The notes: a model not told the origin generated them from the sequence alone. DNA of 64,000 bases from an uncultured Ruminococcus sp. (GCA_902781565.1 CACZJT010000005.1:11902-75901); one strand, 5' to 3'; counted from the first letter of the stretch, positions 1 through 8,541 are shown. Translations and numbers: made by a program.

Positions 1-9
1 CGCAACGCA

Positions 10-25
10 GTTAGTTAGCGCTAAC
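10..25. promoter_or_regulatory. Palindromic box GTTAG-N6-CTAAC, putative metal-responsive repressor site
   Basis: GTTAGttagcgCTAAC; the same motif recurs at 881-896 upstream of the feo genes. Confidence 0.5.
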
Positions 26-157
26 CTAAATTGATTATATCACATCGGTTCTTATTCATCAATATGTTTTTGAGTATGCGGCAGTACGGTGCCTGTAAAA
101 AAATGAGAGATCGATCTCGATAAAACTATGAAAAATGACAAAATCGTGGAGACCCTC

Positions 158-186
158 TTGACAAATGTAGGAGAACGGTGTATCTT
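158..186 (+). promoter_or_regulatory. sigmaA-type promoter of tetR
   Basis: TTGACA-17-TATCTT; palindromic GAACATTGTTC just downstream is a possible TetR operator. Confidence 0.6.
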
Positions 187-224
187 AATATAAGAGAACA
201 TTGTTCACCGAATGGGGTGATGAA

Positions 225-839
225 ATGCCAAGAGACAAGACCGGGAGCCATGAGCGTATCATTTCGGCAGCAAAGAATGAATTTCTGACCTATGGGTTCG
301 AGAATGCATCTATGCGGCGTATAGCTGCAAATGCAGGGATAACAGTCTCTGGGCTTTACAAGCACTTCCCGGGCAAGGAGGATATGTTCGCTCACCTTGT
401 ACAGCCGACGCTTGATGTGTTCGGTGAGCTTTATTACCGCAAGGAGAAAGAAGAACACGACGCTATCAAGGAGATCGGTGCGGCGGCGGCGTTTCTGAAT
501 GAAGATGCCGTTTACGCAATGGCGTTCATCTACGATCATTTTGATGAGTTCAAGCTGCTGGTATGCTGTTCGCAGGGAACAAGGTATGAGGACTATGCCC
601 ATACTCTTGCCGAAATGGAGGAGGAGAGTTCGCTCAAATATATCGAAGCGCTGCGCAGGCGCGGCGACCACGTTCCCGATTTTGACAGGCGTGAGTTTCA
701 CCTGCTCGTGTCATCGAATGTGGAGGCGGTGTTGCAGCCGATACGGCACGATTTTACACGAGAAGCTGCCATGCACTACGCCGAGACCATAAACACCTTT
801 TTTTCAAAGGGCTGGAAGTGGCTCTGCGGAATGGAATAA
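225..839 (+). CDS. TetR/AcrR family transcriptional regulator
   Basis: N-terminal TetR HTH (AAKNEFLTYGFENASMRRIA..GITVSGLYKHF); ATG at 225 after GGGGTG. Confidence 0.9.
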   Translation: MPRDKTGSHERIISAAKNEFLTYGFENASMRRIAANAGITVSGLYKHFPGKEDMFAHLVQPTLDVFGELYYRKEKEEHDAIKEIGAAAAFLNEDAVYAMAFIYDHFDEFKLLVCCSQGTRYEDYAHTLAEMEEESSLKYIEALRRRGDHVPDFDRREFHLLVSSNVEAVLQPIRHDFTREAAMHYAETINTFFSKGWKWLCGME

Positions 840-845
840 CGATTC

Positions 846-870
846 TTGTCGGCTATATGCCGACAAAAAA
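846..870. terminator. Hairpin downstream of tetR
   Basis: TTGTCGGC-tatat-GCCGACAA followed by an A-run. Confidence 0.5.
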
Positions 871-880
871 ATGCACATAG

Positions 881-896
881 GTTAGCTTATGCTAAT
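881..896. promoter_or_regulatory. GTTAG-N6-CTAAT box upstream of the feo operon
   Basis: GTTAGcttatgCTAAT directly before the RBS AAAGGAGG. Confidence 0.55.
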
Positions 897-913
897 CAAA
901 GGAGGAAGATAGT

Positions 914-1078
914 ATGACGTGGCTTTCGGAAAATATCATGTCGATAGTGCTGCTGCTCGTGATAGCGGCGGTCGCTTTTCTGATCGTCAGGAGCAAGCTC
1001 AAAGCAAAAAAGGCAGGCAAGGGCTGCGGGTGCGGCTGCTCGGGGTGCAGCGGGTGCAGCTCGCAAAAACAAAAGTAG
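914..1078 (+). CDS. FeoB-associated Cys-rich membrane peptide (54 aa; absent from the ORF track)
   Basis: Hand translation MTWLSENIMSIVLLLVIAAVAFLIVRSKLKAKKAGKGCGCGCSGCSGCSSQKQK; TM helix plus Cys-Gly tail; strong RBS. Confidence 0.85.
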   Translation: MTWLSENIMSIVLLLVIAAVAFLIVRSKLKAKKAGKGCGCGCSGCSGCSSQKQK

Positions 1079-1108
1079 ACCTACAAAATAATTATCGGGA
1101 GGAAAGAT

Positions 1109-1330
1109 ATGAAGCTGACAGAATCAAAAACGGATATGCAGGGGAGGATACTCTCTGTGAGCGGTGACGATCATTTTTTGAACCGCATCACTTCAATAGG
1201 TATCACCGAGGGAACAGCATTTCAGACGGTCAGAAATGACAGGAAAATGCCTGTGCTCATCTATCTCAGGGAAACGCTGATCTCGCTCAACAGGGCAGAT
1301 GCCGAAAGGATCGAGGTGGAAACAGCATGA
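1109..1330 (+). CDS. feoA: Ferrous iron transport protein A
   Basis: 73 aa, RITSIGITEG motif, overlaps feoB start. Confidence 0.85.
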   Translation: MKLTESKTDMQGRILSVSGDDHFLNRITSIGITEGTAFQTVRNDRKMPVLIYLRETLISLNRADAERIEVETA

Positions 1331-3168
1331 GCGCAAGCATAGCACTTTTGGGACAGCCCAATTCGGGCAAGTCCACGATATTCAATAATCTGACCGGCGC
1401 ACGCCAGCACGTCGGCAACTGGGCGGGAAAGACCGTCGAGAAGAACGAGGGTTCCTTCACCTACAAAGGTACCAAGTACATAGTCACCGACCTGCCCGGA
1501 AGCTACGGGCTCTCGGGAAACTCCGATGAGGAGATCATCACCACCGATTTTATCAAGTCGGGACAGAGCGAGCTTACAGTGGTGCTGGTGGACGCTTCAC
1601 AGCTCGAAAGAAGTATGTTCATGCTGGCGGAGTTTGCAAGGCTCGACAAGCCCGCGCTGCTGGTGCTTAACATGATGGACGTGGCAAAGGGCATGGGCAA
1701 GGAGATAGACACCAAAGCACTTGAAGAAAAGCTGGGTATCCCCGTGCTGCCCTTCAATGCGACCGATACTAAGGACTACGACAGGCTCAAGGAGCTTATC
1801 GCCGAGGAGCTGAAAAAGCCCCACAAGCTCGCAGTCGCCGCTCCCGAGAGCAGTATAAATGTCAAGACGGACAGCAGACTGAAATTCGAGTGGGTGAGCG
1901 GGCTTCTCGAAAACGTAACGAAAACGCAGGGAGCGGTCTACAAGATGTCGAAGTTCGACCGCCTTATGACAAGACCCGTACTGGGCAAGATCATCTGCAT
2001 AGCCGTCGTTCTGTTGGCGTTCTTAGTGTCAATGATCGTCATGCTGCCCTTCGCGGGAGTGGGTCAGATGATACCGACCCTTCTGCACGACCCTGTTGAC
2101 AAGCTGCTGACGGACCGGAACGTTCACCCGTGGATAGTCAACATATTCAGCATGATGATACCGAACACTCTATCCTTCACGATATCTATGGCGAGCTTTG
2201 TGCTGGGCGTCAACATCGTATTCGGTTTCCTTGAAGAAACGGGCTTCATAGCAAGGGCGGCGTATCAGTTCGACGGCTTGCTCTCGAAGCTGGGCTTGCA
2301 GGGCAAGGCTATCTGCCCCATGCTCATGGGCTTCGGCTGCACGATAGGCGGCGCCTGCGGAACAAGAGTAATGGACAACTGGGGTCAGAGAATGCTTGCA
2401 ATGTCGATAGTCTGGGCGATACCCTGCGCGTCGATATGGTCGATAATCCCCGTGGTGTCGGGAATGTTCTTTACATGGTGGCAGACCATGCTGGTATGCG
2501 TCGGCATACTCGCATATGTGGTCGTGACCATCATGATAGTATCGAAGGTATTCGGCAGAAAGCTCGCTCCCGCCGAGACCAGAAGCGGAATGATAATGGA
2601 GCTCCCGCCCTACCACAAGGCGCACTGGAAGCACATATTCAAGGAAGCCGCACTCAAGGCATGGGACATTTTCAGAAGAGCCCTCGGCACCGTTACCCTC
2701 GTTTCGCTGTTATTCTATGTGCTGTCATTCAGCAGTGACGGCAATGTGAACAACAGCCTGCTCTACCGCGTCGGTACCGTGATCGAGCCCGTGACCAGCT
2801 TCTTCGGAATGGGCTGGCAGACCTTCGTGGCGTTCCTGAGCGGAGCCTTCGCGAAGGAAGCCGTACTCGGAACGCTCAATGCAGTGTTCATGGGCGGCAA
2901 CTCCGTAATGGAAGCCGCGTTCTTCTCCCAGGGGACTTCCACCGACACAGCACTCCTCGGAACTGCCATGTCGCAGGCTGTCTCGGGAGCGGAAGCGCTG
3001 GCGTTCATGTTCGCCACCACTTTCAGCGTACCCTGCCTTATGGCACTCTCCACCACCTACAAGGAATCCCACTCTTTAAAGTGGACAGTCAAGGTAGCGC
3101 TGTTCTACATCTGCAACGCACTGGTGCTCTCCTGCATCGTGTATCATATCGCAAGCTTATTCATGTAA
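1327..3168 (+). CDS. feoB: Ferrous iron transport protein B
   Basis: G1 GQPNSGKST, VGNWAGKTVEK, DLPG, NMMD, multi-TM domain with MELPPYH. Confidence 0.95.
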   Translation: MSASIALLGQPNSGKSTIFNNLTGARQHVGNWAGKTVEKNEGSFTYKGTKYIVTDLPGSYGLSGNSDEEIITTDFIKSGQSELTVVLVDASQLERSMFMLAEFARLDKPALLVLNMMDVAKGMGKEIDTKALEEKLGIPVLPFNATDTKDYDRLKELIAEELKKPHKLAVAAPESSINVKTDSRLKFEWVSGLLENVTKTQGAVYKMSKFDRLMTRPVLGKIICIAVVLLAFLVSMIVMLPFAGVGQMIPTLLHDPVDKLLTDRNVHPWIVNIFSMMIPNTLSFTISMASFVLGVNIVFGFLEETGFIARAAYQFDGLLSKLGLQGKAICPMLMGFGCTIGGACGTRVMDNWGQRMLAMSIVWAIPCASIWSIIPVVSGMFFTWWQTMLVCVGILAYVVVTIMIVSKVFGRKLAPAETRSGMIMELPPYHKAHWKHIFKEAALKAWDIFRRALGTVTLVSLLFYVLSFSSDGNVNNSLLYRVGTVIEPVTSFFGMGWQTFVAFLSGAFAKEAVLGTLNAVFMGGNSVMEAAFFSQGTSTDTALLGTAMSQAVSGAEALAFMFATTFSVPCLMALSTTYKESHSLKWTVKVALFYICNALVLSCIVYHIASLFM

Positions 3169-3449
3169 AAGACAAGGCAGCACCGCACGATCTGCTGCCC
3201 GCGCCTGTTAAGTCATCGCGCCATGATCGGCTCGCTCTCAGCAACGATCTTTGTCTGCTGACACCTTATAGTGACCCAAAAAAGCAGCATAAACATTTCG
3301 AGAGAAAAAATCACAGTTCAAGGAAAACTAACGCAGCCGTGAGTACAAGCACGACTTGAACATCGCACGGCAATGGAGTTTTACGCAGCAATGTGGATTT
3401 TTGACCGAAAGATTTGTGCTGCTATTTTTTTTGGGTCGCAATAACTGTC

Positions 3450-3476
3450 ACACCCTGCCGAACTCCGTCATAATAT
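3450..3476 (+). promoter_or_regulatory. Mother-cell sporulation sigma (sigmaK-like) promoter of cotJ operon
   Basis: ACA-16 nt-CATAATAT, 50 nt upstream of cotJA. Confidence 0.55.
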
Positions 3477-3526
3477 GTAATGTAAGCAAACGACAGACGA
3501 TCAACGATCACAACGGAGGTAATTCA

Positions 3527-3769
3527 ATGGAAGATCTTACAGTTATGATGATCGACAGTCTGACGGGTGACAGTGCCGAAAAGCCTGCGGGAAAATGCCC
3601 CGAAACAAAGGGACGTTTCCCCGATGATACGCCCATAGGCATGGCGTATGTACCTGTTCAGTTCTGGGAAAAGACCTACGACGACGCGATCGCGCTGGCG
3701 AGGGGGACGCTGTTTCCCTCCCTCGACAAGCCGTTCATAGGGGAGGAGGCTGTGAAGCATGGAAAATGA
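3527..3769 (+). CDS. cotJA: Spore coat protein CotJA
   Basis: GMAYVPVQFWEKTY..ALARGTLFPSLDKPF motif; RBS GGAGGT. Confidence 0.9.
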   Translation: MEDLTVMMIDSLTGDSAEKPAGKCPETKGRFPDDTPIGMAYVPVQFWEKTYDDAIALARGTLFPSLDKPFIGEEAVKHGK

Positions 3770-4016
3770 CCGCATAAAGGCGCTTCGCAGACTACAGGCG
3801 GCAAAATTCGCCCTGCATGATGCAGCGCTCTATCTCGACAGCCACCCCAAATGCCAAGAGGGGCTGAGGTATTTCCGCGAAAAGCGCGAGCTCGTCGAAA
3901 AGCTGACGAAAGAGTACGAGAAGGAATACGGTCCGCTGACAGCCGCTGCCTCCTGCGCGGAGGAGCGCTGGGACTGGGTCTGCACGGCGTTCCCGTGGGA
4001 AAGGGGTGAAAGCTGA
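3759..4016 (+). CDS. cotJB: Spore coat protein CotJB
   Basis: ALYLDSHP...YEKEYGPL...WDWVCTAFPWE. Confidence 0.92.
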   Translation: MENDRIKALRRLQAAKFALHDAALYLDSHPKCQEGLRYFREKRELVEKLTKEYEKEYGPLTAAASCAEERWDWVCTAFPWERGES

Positions 4017-4108
4017 TGTTCATGTATGAAAAGACCTTGCAGTATCCCGTAAACATCAAAAACCCGAACCCCGCGCTGGCGAAGGTTATCATAAGTCAGT
4101 TGGGCGGA
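4016..4108 (+). CDS. cotJC: cotJC 5' segment (codons 1-31); in the lysogen it reads on into ANSKKIYHL-stop at 4138
   Basis: MFMYEKTLQYPVNIKNPNPALAKVIISQLGG; ATG overlaps the cotJB stop. Confidence 0.9.
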
Positions 4109-4128
4109 GCAAATTCCAAAAAGATATA
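4099..4128. other. Left attachment junction: core GTTGGGCGGA (4099-4108) and attP arm CCAAAAAGATATA (4116-4128)
   Basis: Core identical to 41134-41143; arm is the exact reverse complement of 41120-41132. Confidence 0.92.
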
Positions 4129-4226
4129 TCACCTGTAAAATCAATGATTTTAGGGCAATAAGTTTGACAAAGGTTATATAAATTGCAATACCTCCACAAT
4201 GTCGAAAAATGTCGATAAAATACCCC

Positions 4227-4330
4227 TTGACAACCTGCCCCGGGCGTAGTATAATAATACACAGAGAGAATGATTCATTTTTAAAAAGAGACAGGGAAAG
4301 GTCTGTCCGCAAATTGCGGACAGGCTTTTT
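4227..4330 (+). ncRNA. Putative ~70-nt small RNA with its own promoter and terminator
   Basis: TTGACA(4227)-17-TATAAT(4250), then hairpin GTCTGTCCGC-aaatt-GCGGACAGGC-TTTTT ending at 4330; no RBS-led ORF. Confidence 0.5.
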
Positions 4331-4378
4331 CTATTGCGCAAAAAAGCCCCTCGAGCCTTGCGACCCGGGGGGCTGTCG

Positions 4379-5587
4379 TCATCTCATGACCAACCTAACA
4401 AAATTTTCTCCGATCACGCCCGTCTGCTTGTAGCCCATTTTGCGCTGCAAGTCCTTGACGGCGGCTTCCGTTCCGCCGCCGAAACCGCCCGTGTCATCGA
4501 GCTTGTAGCCGAGAGCCTTCATGCGCTGTTTTATGGCGAAGATCGAATGCTCGCCTGCCTTGTCCTTGTCGCCGCGCTTGTACCAGATCGCGGTGTCGAG
4601 GGGCTTCAGCGCAGGCTCGGCGGCGCTTTTAGGACGCAGAACGCCGAGGACGGGGCTGCACCCGTCATTTCCTCCCGAGCCGTTGAAATAGTGCTTGACG
4701 AGCTGTGTCGGCTCATGCCTGCCGAGAGTGTTTTCTTCGAGTGTGACGAACCGATCTTCGTCGCCCTCGCCGTTTCCGATACCGACGTGTCCCCACGAAC
4801 CGCCGCCCCAGATCACCACGTCGCCTTTTTTAACAACGAGTTCGCGGGTATTGGGTATCCTGTCAAAAGCCTTCACAAGCGCGGGATAGCTCTCGAATTT
4901 GTTGTACAGGTCTTTTGCGCCGTTGCACCACACGCCCGTTATCCCGAAGCAGTCTTTAAGGTATTGATCGAACAGGTCAACGCACTGCACCCCCGCAACG
5001 CCATCGAAATCCACCGCCTTGCCGAGATACTTTTTCTCAAACTCGTTATAGGTCATGTACTTTGAGGGCGTAGACGTTGCCGCACTCAGACGCTTATTGA
5101 CCTCGGCGGCGATGTACGGAAATTTGCCGCCGAGATACGGACCGGGACAGCCCGTCGCGGCGAACCACTTGTGCATCGTGAGATTTCCCGACGTGTCGCC
5201 CGTGAAGTTCAGCCGAGCTATATTGTTGCGCTTGCAGATGTCCGCGCACAGCTCGATCAGGGCGGCGAGCGCCTTGTCGGAAACGTGCCAGTCGGGCTCG
5301 CCGCCGTCGTTTGCGACCTCGATCGTGACGGCGCGGTGGTCGTTCTCGGCATTCGAGCTGCACCAGGAGCGGTTCGCTTCGTCCACGTACAGCGCGATCC
5401 TGCCGTCCGAACCAATGCCATAGTTGGAGCTTGCCTGCCTGCTCACGGGCGCGAACACCTCGCCGCACTGCTCGACGGTCAAGTTCCCCGCCATGTGGTG
5501 AATGGTGATCGTGTCGATCTTGTGGCTGCGCGGCTTGTTGCAGTTGGGTGACAGCCGCGTGTAACAGATCAGTTTGCTGTTGCTCAT
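4379..5587 (-). CDS. Endolysin: amidase_2 + CHAP + peptidoglycan-binding domain
   Basis: ITIHHMAG...SSNYGIG...TIEVAN...MHKWFAATGCPG; DFDGVAGVQCVDL...WGHVGI...EEN; C-terminal DDTGGFGGGTEAAVKDLQ; start at MSNSK. Confidence 0.9.
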   Translation of the reverse strand: MSNSKLICYTRLSPNCNKPRSHKIDTITIHHMAGNLTVEQCGEVFAPVSRQASSNYGIGSDGRIALYVDEANRSWCSSNAENDHRAVTIEVANDGGEPDWHVSDKALAALIELCADICKRNNIARLNFTGDTSGNLTMHKWFAATGCPGPYLGGKFPYIAAEVNKRLSAATSTPSKYMTYNEFEKKYLGKAVDFDGVAGVQCVDLFDQYLKDCFGITGVWCNGAKDLYNKFESYPALVKAFDRIPNTRELVVKKGDVVIWGGGSWGHVGIGNGEGDEDRFVTLEENTLGRHEPTQLVKHYFNGSGGNDGCSPVLGVLRPKSAAEPALKPLDTAIWYKRGDKDKAGEHSIFAIKQRMKALGYKLDDTGGFGGGTEAAVKDLQRKMGYKQTGVIGENFVRLVMR

Positions 5588-5588
5588 A

Positions 5589-5687
5589 TTATACCTCCTT
5601 CCGTCCCGTCTGCACACCATAGTTCCCGTCGAAGTCCATGCCTTTGTCGTTTACAGAGCGGAAGTATTCGTCAAATGTCATTTTCAT
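5589..5687 (-). pseudogene. Truncated N-terminus of a second CHAP-type lysin fused to the last holin codons
   Basis: MKMTFDEYFRSVNDKGMDFDGNYGVQ|TGRKEV; resembles MTYNEFEKKYLGKAVDFDGVAGVQ in the endolysin; good RBS AAGGAGG. Confidence 0.7.
5594..5613. repeat. 20-bp direct repeat, copy 1
   Basis: CCTCCTTCCGTCCCGTCTGC, identical to 8547-8566. Confidence 0.9.
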
Positions 5688-5698
5688 GCTGTACCTCC

Positions 5699-6730
5699 TT
5701 AGCCGAATAAAATCAGCGGGCGCACGTAAAGCGCGAAGGATGCGCCAGTGATGTGGGCACCGCCGTAGTTGTTGCAACGAGCGAAAGTCGTAGATGAAAC
5801 GACACTGCGCAGCCAGAAGTCGAGACGACCAAATTGCATGGGATTGATAAATTTGAATACAGGTAACTGCCTGTTATCCGCACCCACATCATACGCGGAG
5901 CTGGACCATACCGTAGACTCGTAAAGCTGTACCTCGTTCATGAGCTGTAATTCGATGGTGCCCCAAGCCCAATTGCTTGATGCGCCCGTCATACCTGCTC
6001 CAGCCATTGAGGGGATACTTGCATTAATTGCATTCGGTAATATAGTTCTGTGCGACAACAAGTGATTATTCAATGCTGTCTTAAGACTTGCGGCATAGCA
6101 AGGGAGCACTGTCTGATGCATATATGAGTTGAGATATCCGCCCTCTGTGGTGTTGGTTTCGTTCATTTTTGCTGTAGTCGCAAAACCCGCACCTCTCGGA
6201 ATAAACACGAGATGGGGTTTATTTAATGGGGTGTCTCCTATATTATAATAGTAGTTGAATGCGGCTATCATCAATTCCACGGTCTCGATCTTGATTGTTC
6301 CATCAGGGAGTGTTGTAGTTATGGTTACAGGAAAGTAGTCTCCGAGGTACAAGTCAGAAAAATCGCCGCTTGAAACCTTGTCGTGAAGTGTTTCTATAAA
6401 CGAAGAAACCTCACTTAACGTACACAATTGCTTCCCTCTGTATATGCCGTTGTGGTTTTCGACCGTGTTCACTTCTCCTCCCATAATATACGGCAATTCA
6501 GAAAATCTTGAACGCCCATTACCAAGTTTTATTTGTATACATCTGTCGTATTCCGGAAAGAATGTCCCCTCGGTCTGATCTAAACCCGTCGTCGCAGCGG
6601 CAATTTCAAACTCGCCTATGACGGGGTCTTCATCAAGCCATGTGTATTCGGAATTATACTTCACTCTTGCTTTCTCGTCTTTGACCTCGTACGTCGTGCC
6701 ATTGACAGTTATTTTTGAAATATCAGCCAC
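5699..6730 (-). CDS. Putative receptor-binding/tail fibre protein with DGR-target-like (CLec/DUF6273-like) C-terminus
   Basis: GDFSDLYLGDY, MNETNTTEGGY, FWLRSVVSSTTFA...VRP; GTG start after GAGG. Confidence 0.7.
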   Translation of the reverse strand: MADISKITVNGTTYEVKDEKARVKYNSEYTWLDEDPVIGEFEIAAATTGLDQTEGTFFPEYDRCIQIKLGNGRSRFSELPYIMGGEVNTVENHNGIYRGKQLCTLSEVSSFIETLHDKVSSGDFSDLYLGDYFPVTITTTLPDGTIKIETVELMIAAFNYYYNIGDTPLNKPHLVFIPRGAGFATTAKMNETNTTEGGYLNSYMHQTVLPCYAASLKTALNNHLLSHRTILPNAINASIPSMAGAGMTGASSNWAWGTIELQLMNEVQLYESTVWSSSAYDVGADNRQLPVFKFINPMQFGRLDFWLRSVVSSTTFARCNNYGGAHITGASFALYVRPLILFG

Positions 6731-6744
6731 CTCATCACCCCCCA

Positions 6745-7755
6745 TCACGATACGGTAATGGTCGCGCCTGTTCCGTTGAATGTCGGCTGAGATACGGAGC
6801 CGTTTGCAGTCGTTGTGCCGGCAAGCTGTACTTTCGTGCCCGTGAATGTGGGCTGCGATACGGAGCCTCCTGGCGTGCCTGCTACCGAAATATCGCCCTC
6901 CGTTCCTGTGAATGTCGCCGTGTATGTGTTCGGAACAGGAATATTGCCTGTTACAAGTCTTGCGCCTGTCCCTGTGAAAGTCGGCTGTGTTACCGATTTG
7001 ACGGACGTTGCGACCGTTGTATTAGCGCCCTTTGTCGGCAGGGTGCCTTGATTGAACGATATCGTCAGATTTTCATTTGCAACAGTTGTCGTCAATGTCG
7101 GAAGTGTTCCAACCGCTGTTATGCTGTTCACGGTCGTTGTATTGAGGGTTACCGCCGCGCCGGTGCAGTTGCCCGCAGGCGTATATGTCGCTGTTCCGGT
7201 GGTCGCGCTTACAGTCGTGGTCTTGTTTGTTGTCGCGTTGGTCGTTACTGTCACGCTTCCCTCGGGAGTGAATTTTCCTGTTGAAGTTGTCGATGTTCCT
7301 GTGAAAGTGGGCTTGCTTACTGTTCCGGCGGGGGTATAATTTCCGTTTGTGTTGTCGGTGACTGTTATTGTAACATTGCTCGAACTTCCCGTGAACGTCG
7401 GCTTTGTGACCGTACCCGCAGGGGTATACGAAGCCGAAGCCGTGTCTTTGAATGCAAGGGCTTTCAAGCTCCCCGTTGAGCCGAACTCCTGCCACTTTGA
7501 GCCGTTCCACACGAACTCCAGATCGCCGTAAATTACAGTAGCACCCGCGTCATCAGCCGCAAATGTTCTGCTTTCGCCGTCAATAACGAGTGTTGCAGTC
7601 GTCGAGCCGTCGGTCAGAGCCGTGGTTGTTATGCCCACGTAGAACATAGCACCGGTCAGGTCAACTTTTATGTCGGCTATTTCCTGTCTTGCGACGGCGT
7701 CCTTAATGTCGTATGTAGTTCCAGAAGGTAAAGTTATTTTGGATATATCAGGCAT
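6745..7755 (-). CDS. Thr-rich repeat tail/virion protein
   Basis: Repeated YTPAGTVSKPTFTG-type units; N-terminus MPDISKITLPSGTTYDIKD. Confidence 0.7.
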   Translation of the reverse strand: MPDISKITLPSGTTYDIKDAVARQEIADIKVDLTGAMFYVGITTTALTDGSTTATLVIDGESRTFAADDAGATVIYGDLEFVWNGSKWQEFGSTGSLKALAFKDTASASYTPAGTVTKPTFTGSSSNVTITVTDNTNGNYTPAGTVSKPTFTGTSTTSTGKFTPEGSVTVTTNATTNKTTTVSATTGTATYTPAGNCTGAAVTLNTTTVNSITAVGTLPTLTTTVANENLTISFNQGTLPTKGANTTVATSVKSVTQPTFTGTGARLVTGNIPVPNTYTATFTGTEGDISVAGTPGGSVSQPTFTGTKVQLAGTTTANGSVSQPTFNGTGATITVS

Positions 7756-7767
7756 TGTTATTCCTCC

Positions 7768-8160
7768 TTAATCTGTATAAAAAATTACGTTTTCAAAATT
7801 TTCTTCGTCAAGTCGAACAGATACTTTATTATTCCAAAAGTCTATCTGCTCCTGCGTAACACCGCCCGAATAAGCAAAAGGTAAGTCAATCAAATACGCT
7901 TTCCCGTCGCCTATCTTGATGTTCGGCACATTGTTTTCAGATTCGTCTTTTGTGTAATCCGTGTACACATAGATCGTGTTTTTCTTGGCAATAAGGTCTC
8001 TGTCGGCGTTCCATTCGTCGGTGGTGCGCGAGATAATGTTTCGACAGGCGTAGCCGAAGCCGATGTTTCCCGACACACTGCCCGTGCCGTTTATCTGTCC
8101 CGAAACTGCCGCACGTCCCGCGACCGCTCCGCTTATCTTTCCGCGCTGTTCATCGTTCAT
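7768..8160 (-). CDS. Small tail fibre-associated protein (Mtd-N/hyaluronidase-N-like motif)
   Basis: TTDEWN...IKIGDGKAYLIDLPF. Confidence 0.6.
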   Translation of the reverse strand: MNDEQRGKISGAVAGRAAVSGQINGTGSVSGNIGFGYACRNIISRTTDEWNADRDLIAKKNTIYVYTDYTKDESENNVPNIKIGDGKAYLIDLPFAYSGGVTQEQIDFWNNKVSVRLDEENFENVIFYTD

Positions 8161-8540
8161 GAGCCGTCACCGCCCGTCAGGTCCTTGTACGTTCCGACTG
8201 CGGGAGTGAGGATAAACGGCGATTTTGGGATAAAAGTGTATGCTTCGCCCGATGAATACACCAGCACAATATCGTAGGTGTACGCTCCCTCGGGTCGGTT
8301 CACTGTGTCGGACGGCTCTATGTTAAGTGTCAGGGCGTGGGTGTCGGGGTCCTGGTCTCCCGCGCCGAGCTCTTTCTGAAACATCACCTTCCCGAGAGTA
8401 TTCTTTATCGTGAACAGAACCTTGTCCCCCGCCGAAAGAATGACAGGATCGTCGGGAGTTACCATGTACGGCGTGATCTCGAGCACCGCCGTATTTCCGC
8501 GGGTGAGCCTTATCTCTCCGCTGCCTTGTATTTCAAGCAT
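8157..8540 (-). CDS. BppU-N-like baseplate/fibre attachment protein
   Basis: IRLTRGNTA...DKVLFTIK...IEPSDT...GAYTYDI. Confidence 0.6.
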   Translation of the reverse strand: MLEIQGSGEIRLTRGNTAVLEITPYMVTPDDPVILSAGDKVLFTIKNTLGKVMFQKELGAGDQDPDTHALTLNIEPSDTVNRPEGAYTYDIVLVYSSGEAYTFIPKSPFILTPAVGTYKDLTGGDGS

Positions 8541-8541
8541 T

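Noticed and set aside
3170-3440. ORFs between feoB and cotJA
   Set aside because: No RBS or recognisable product; treated as intergenic.
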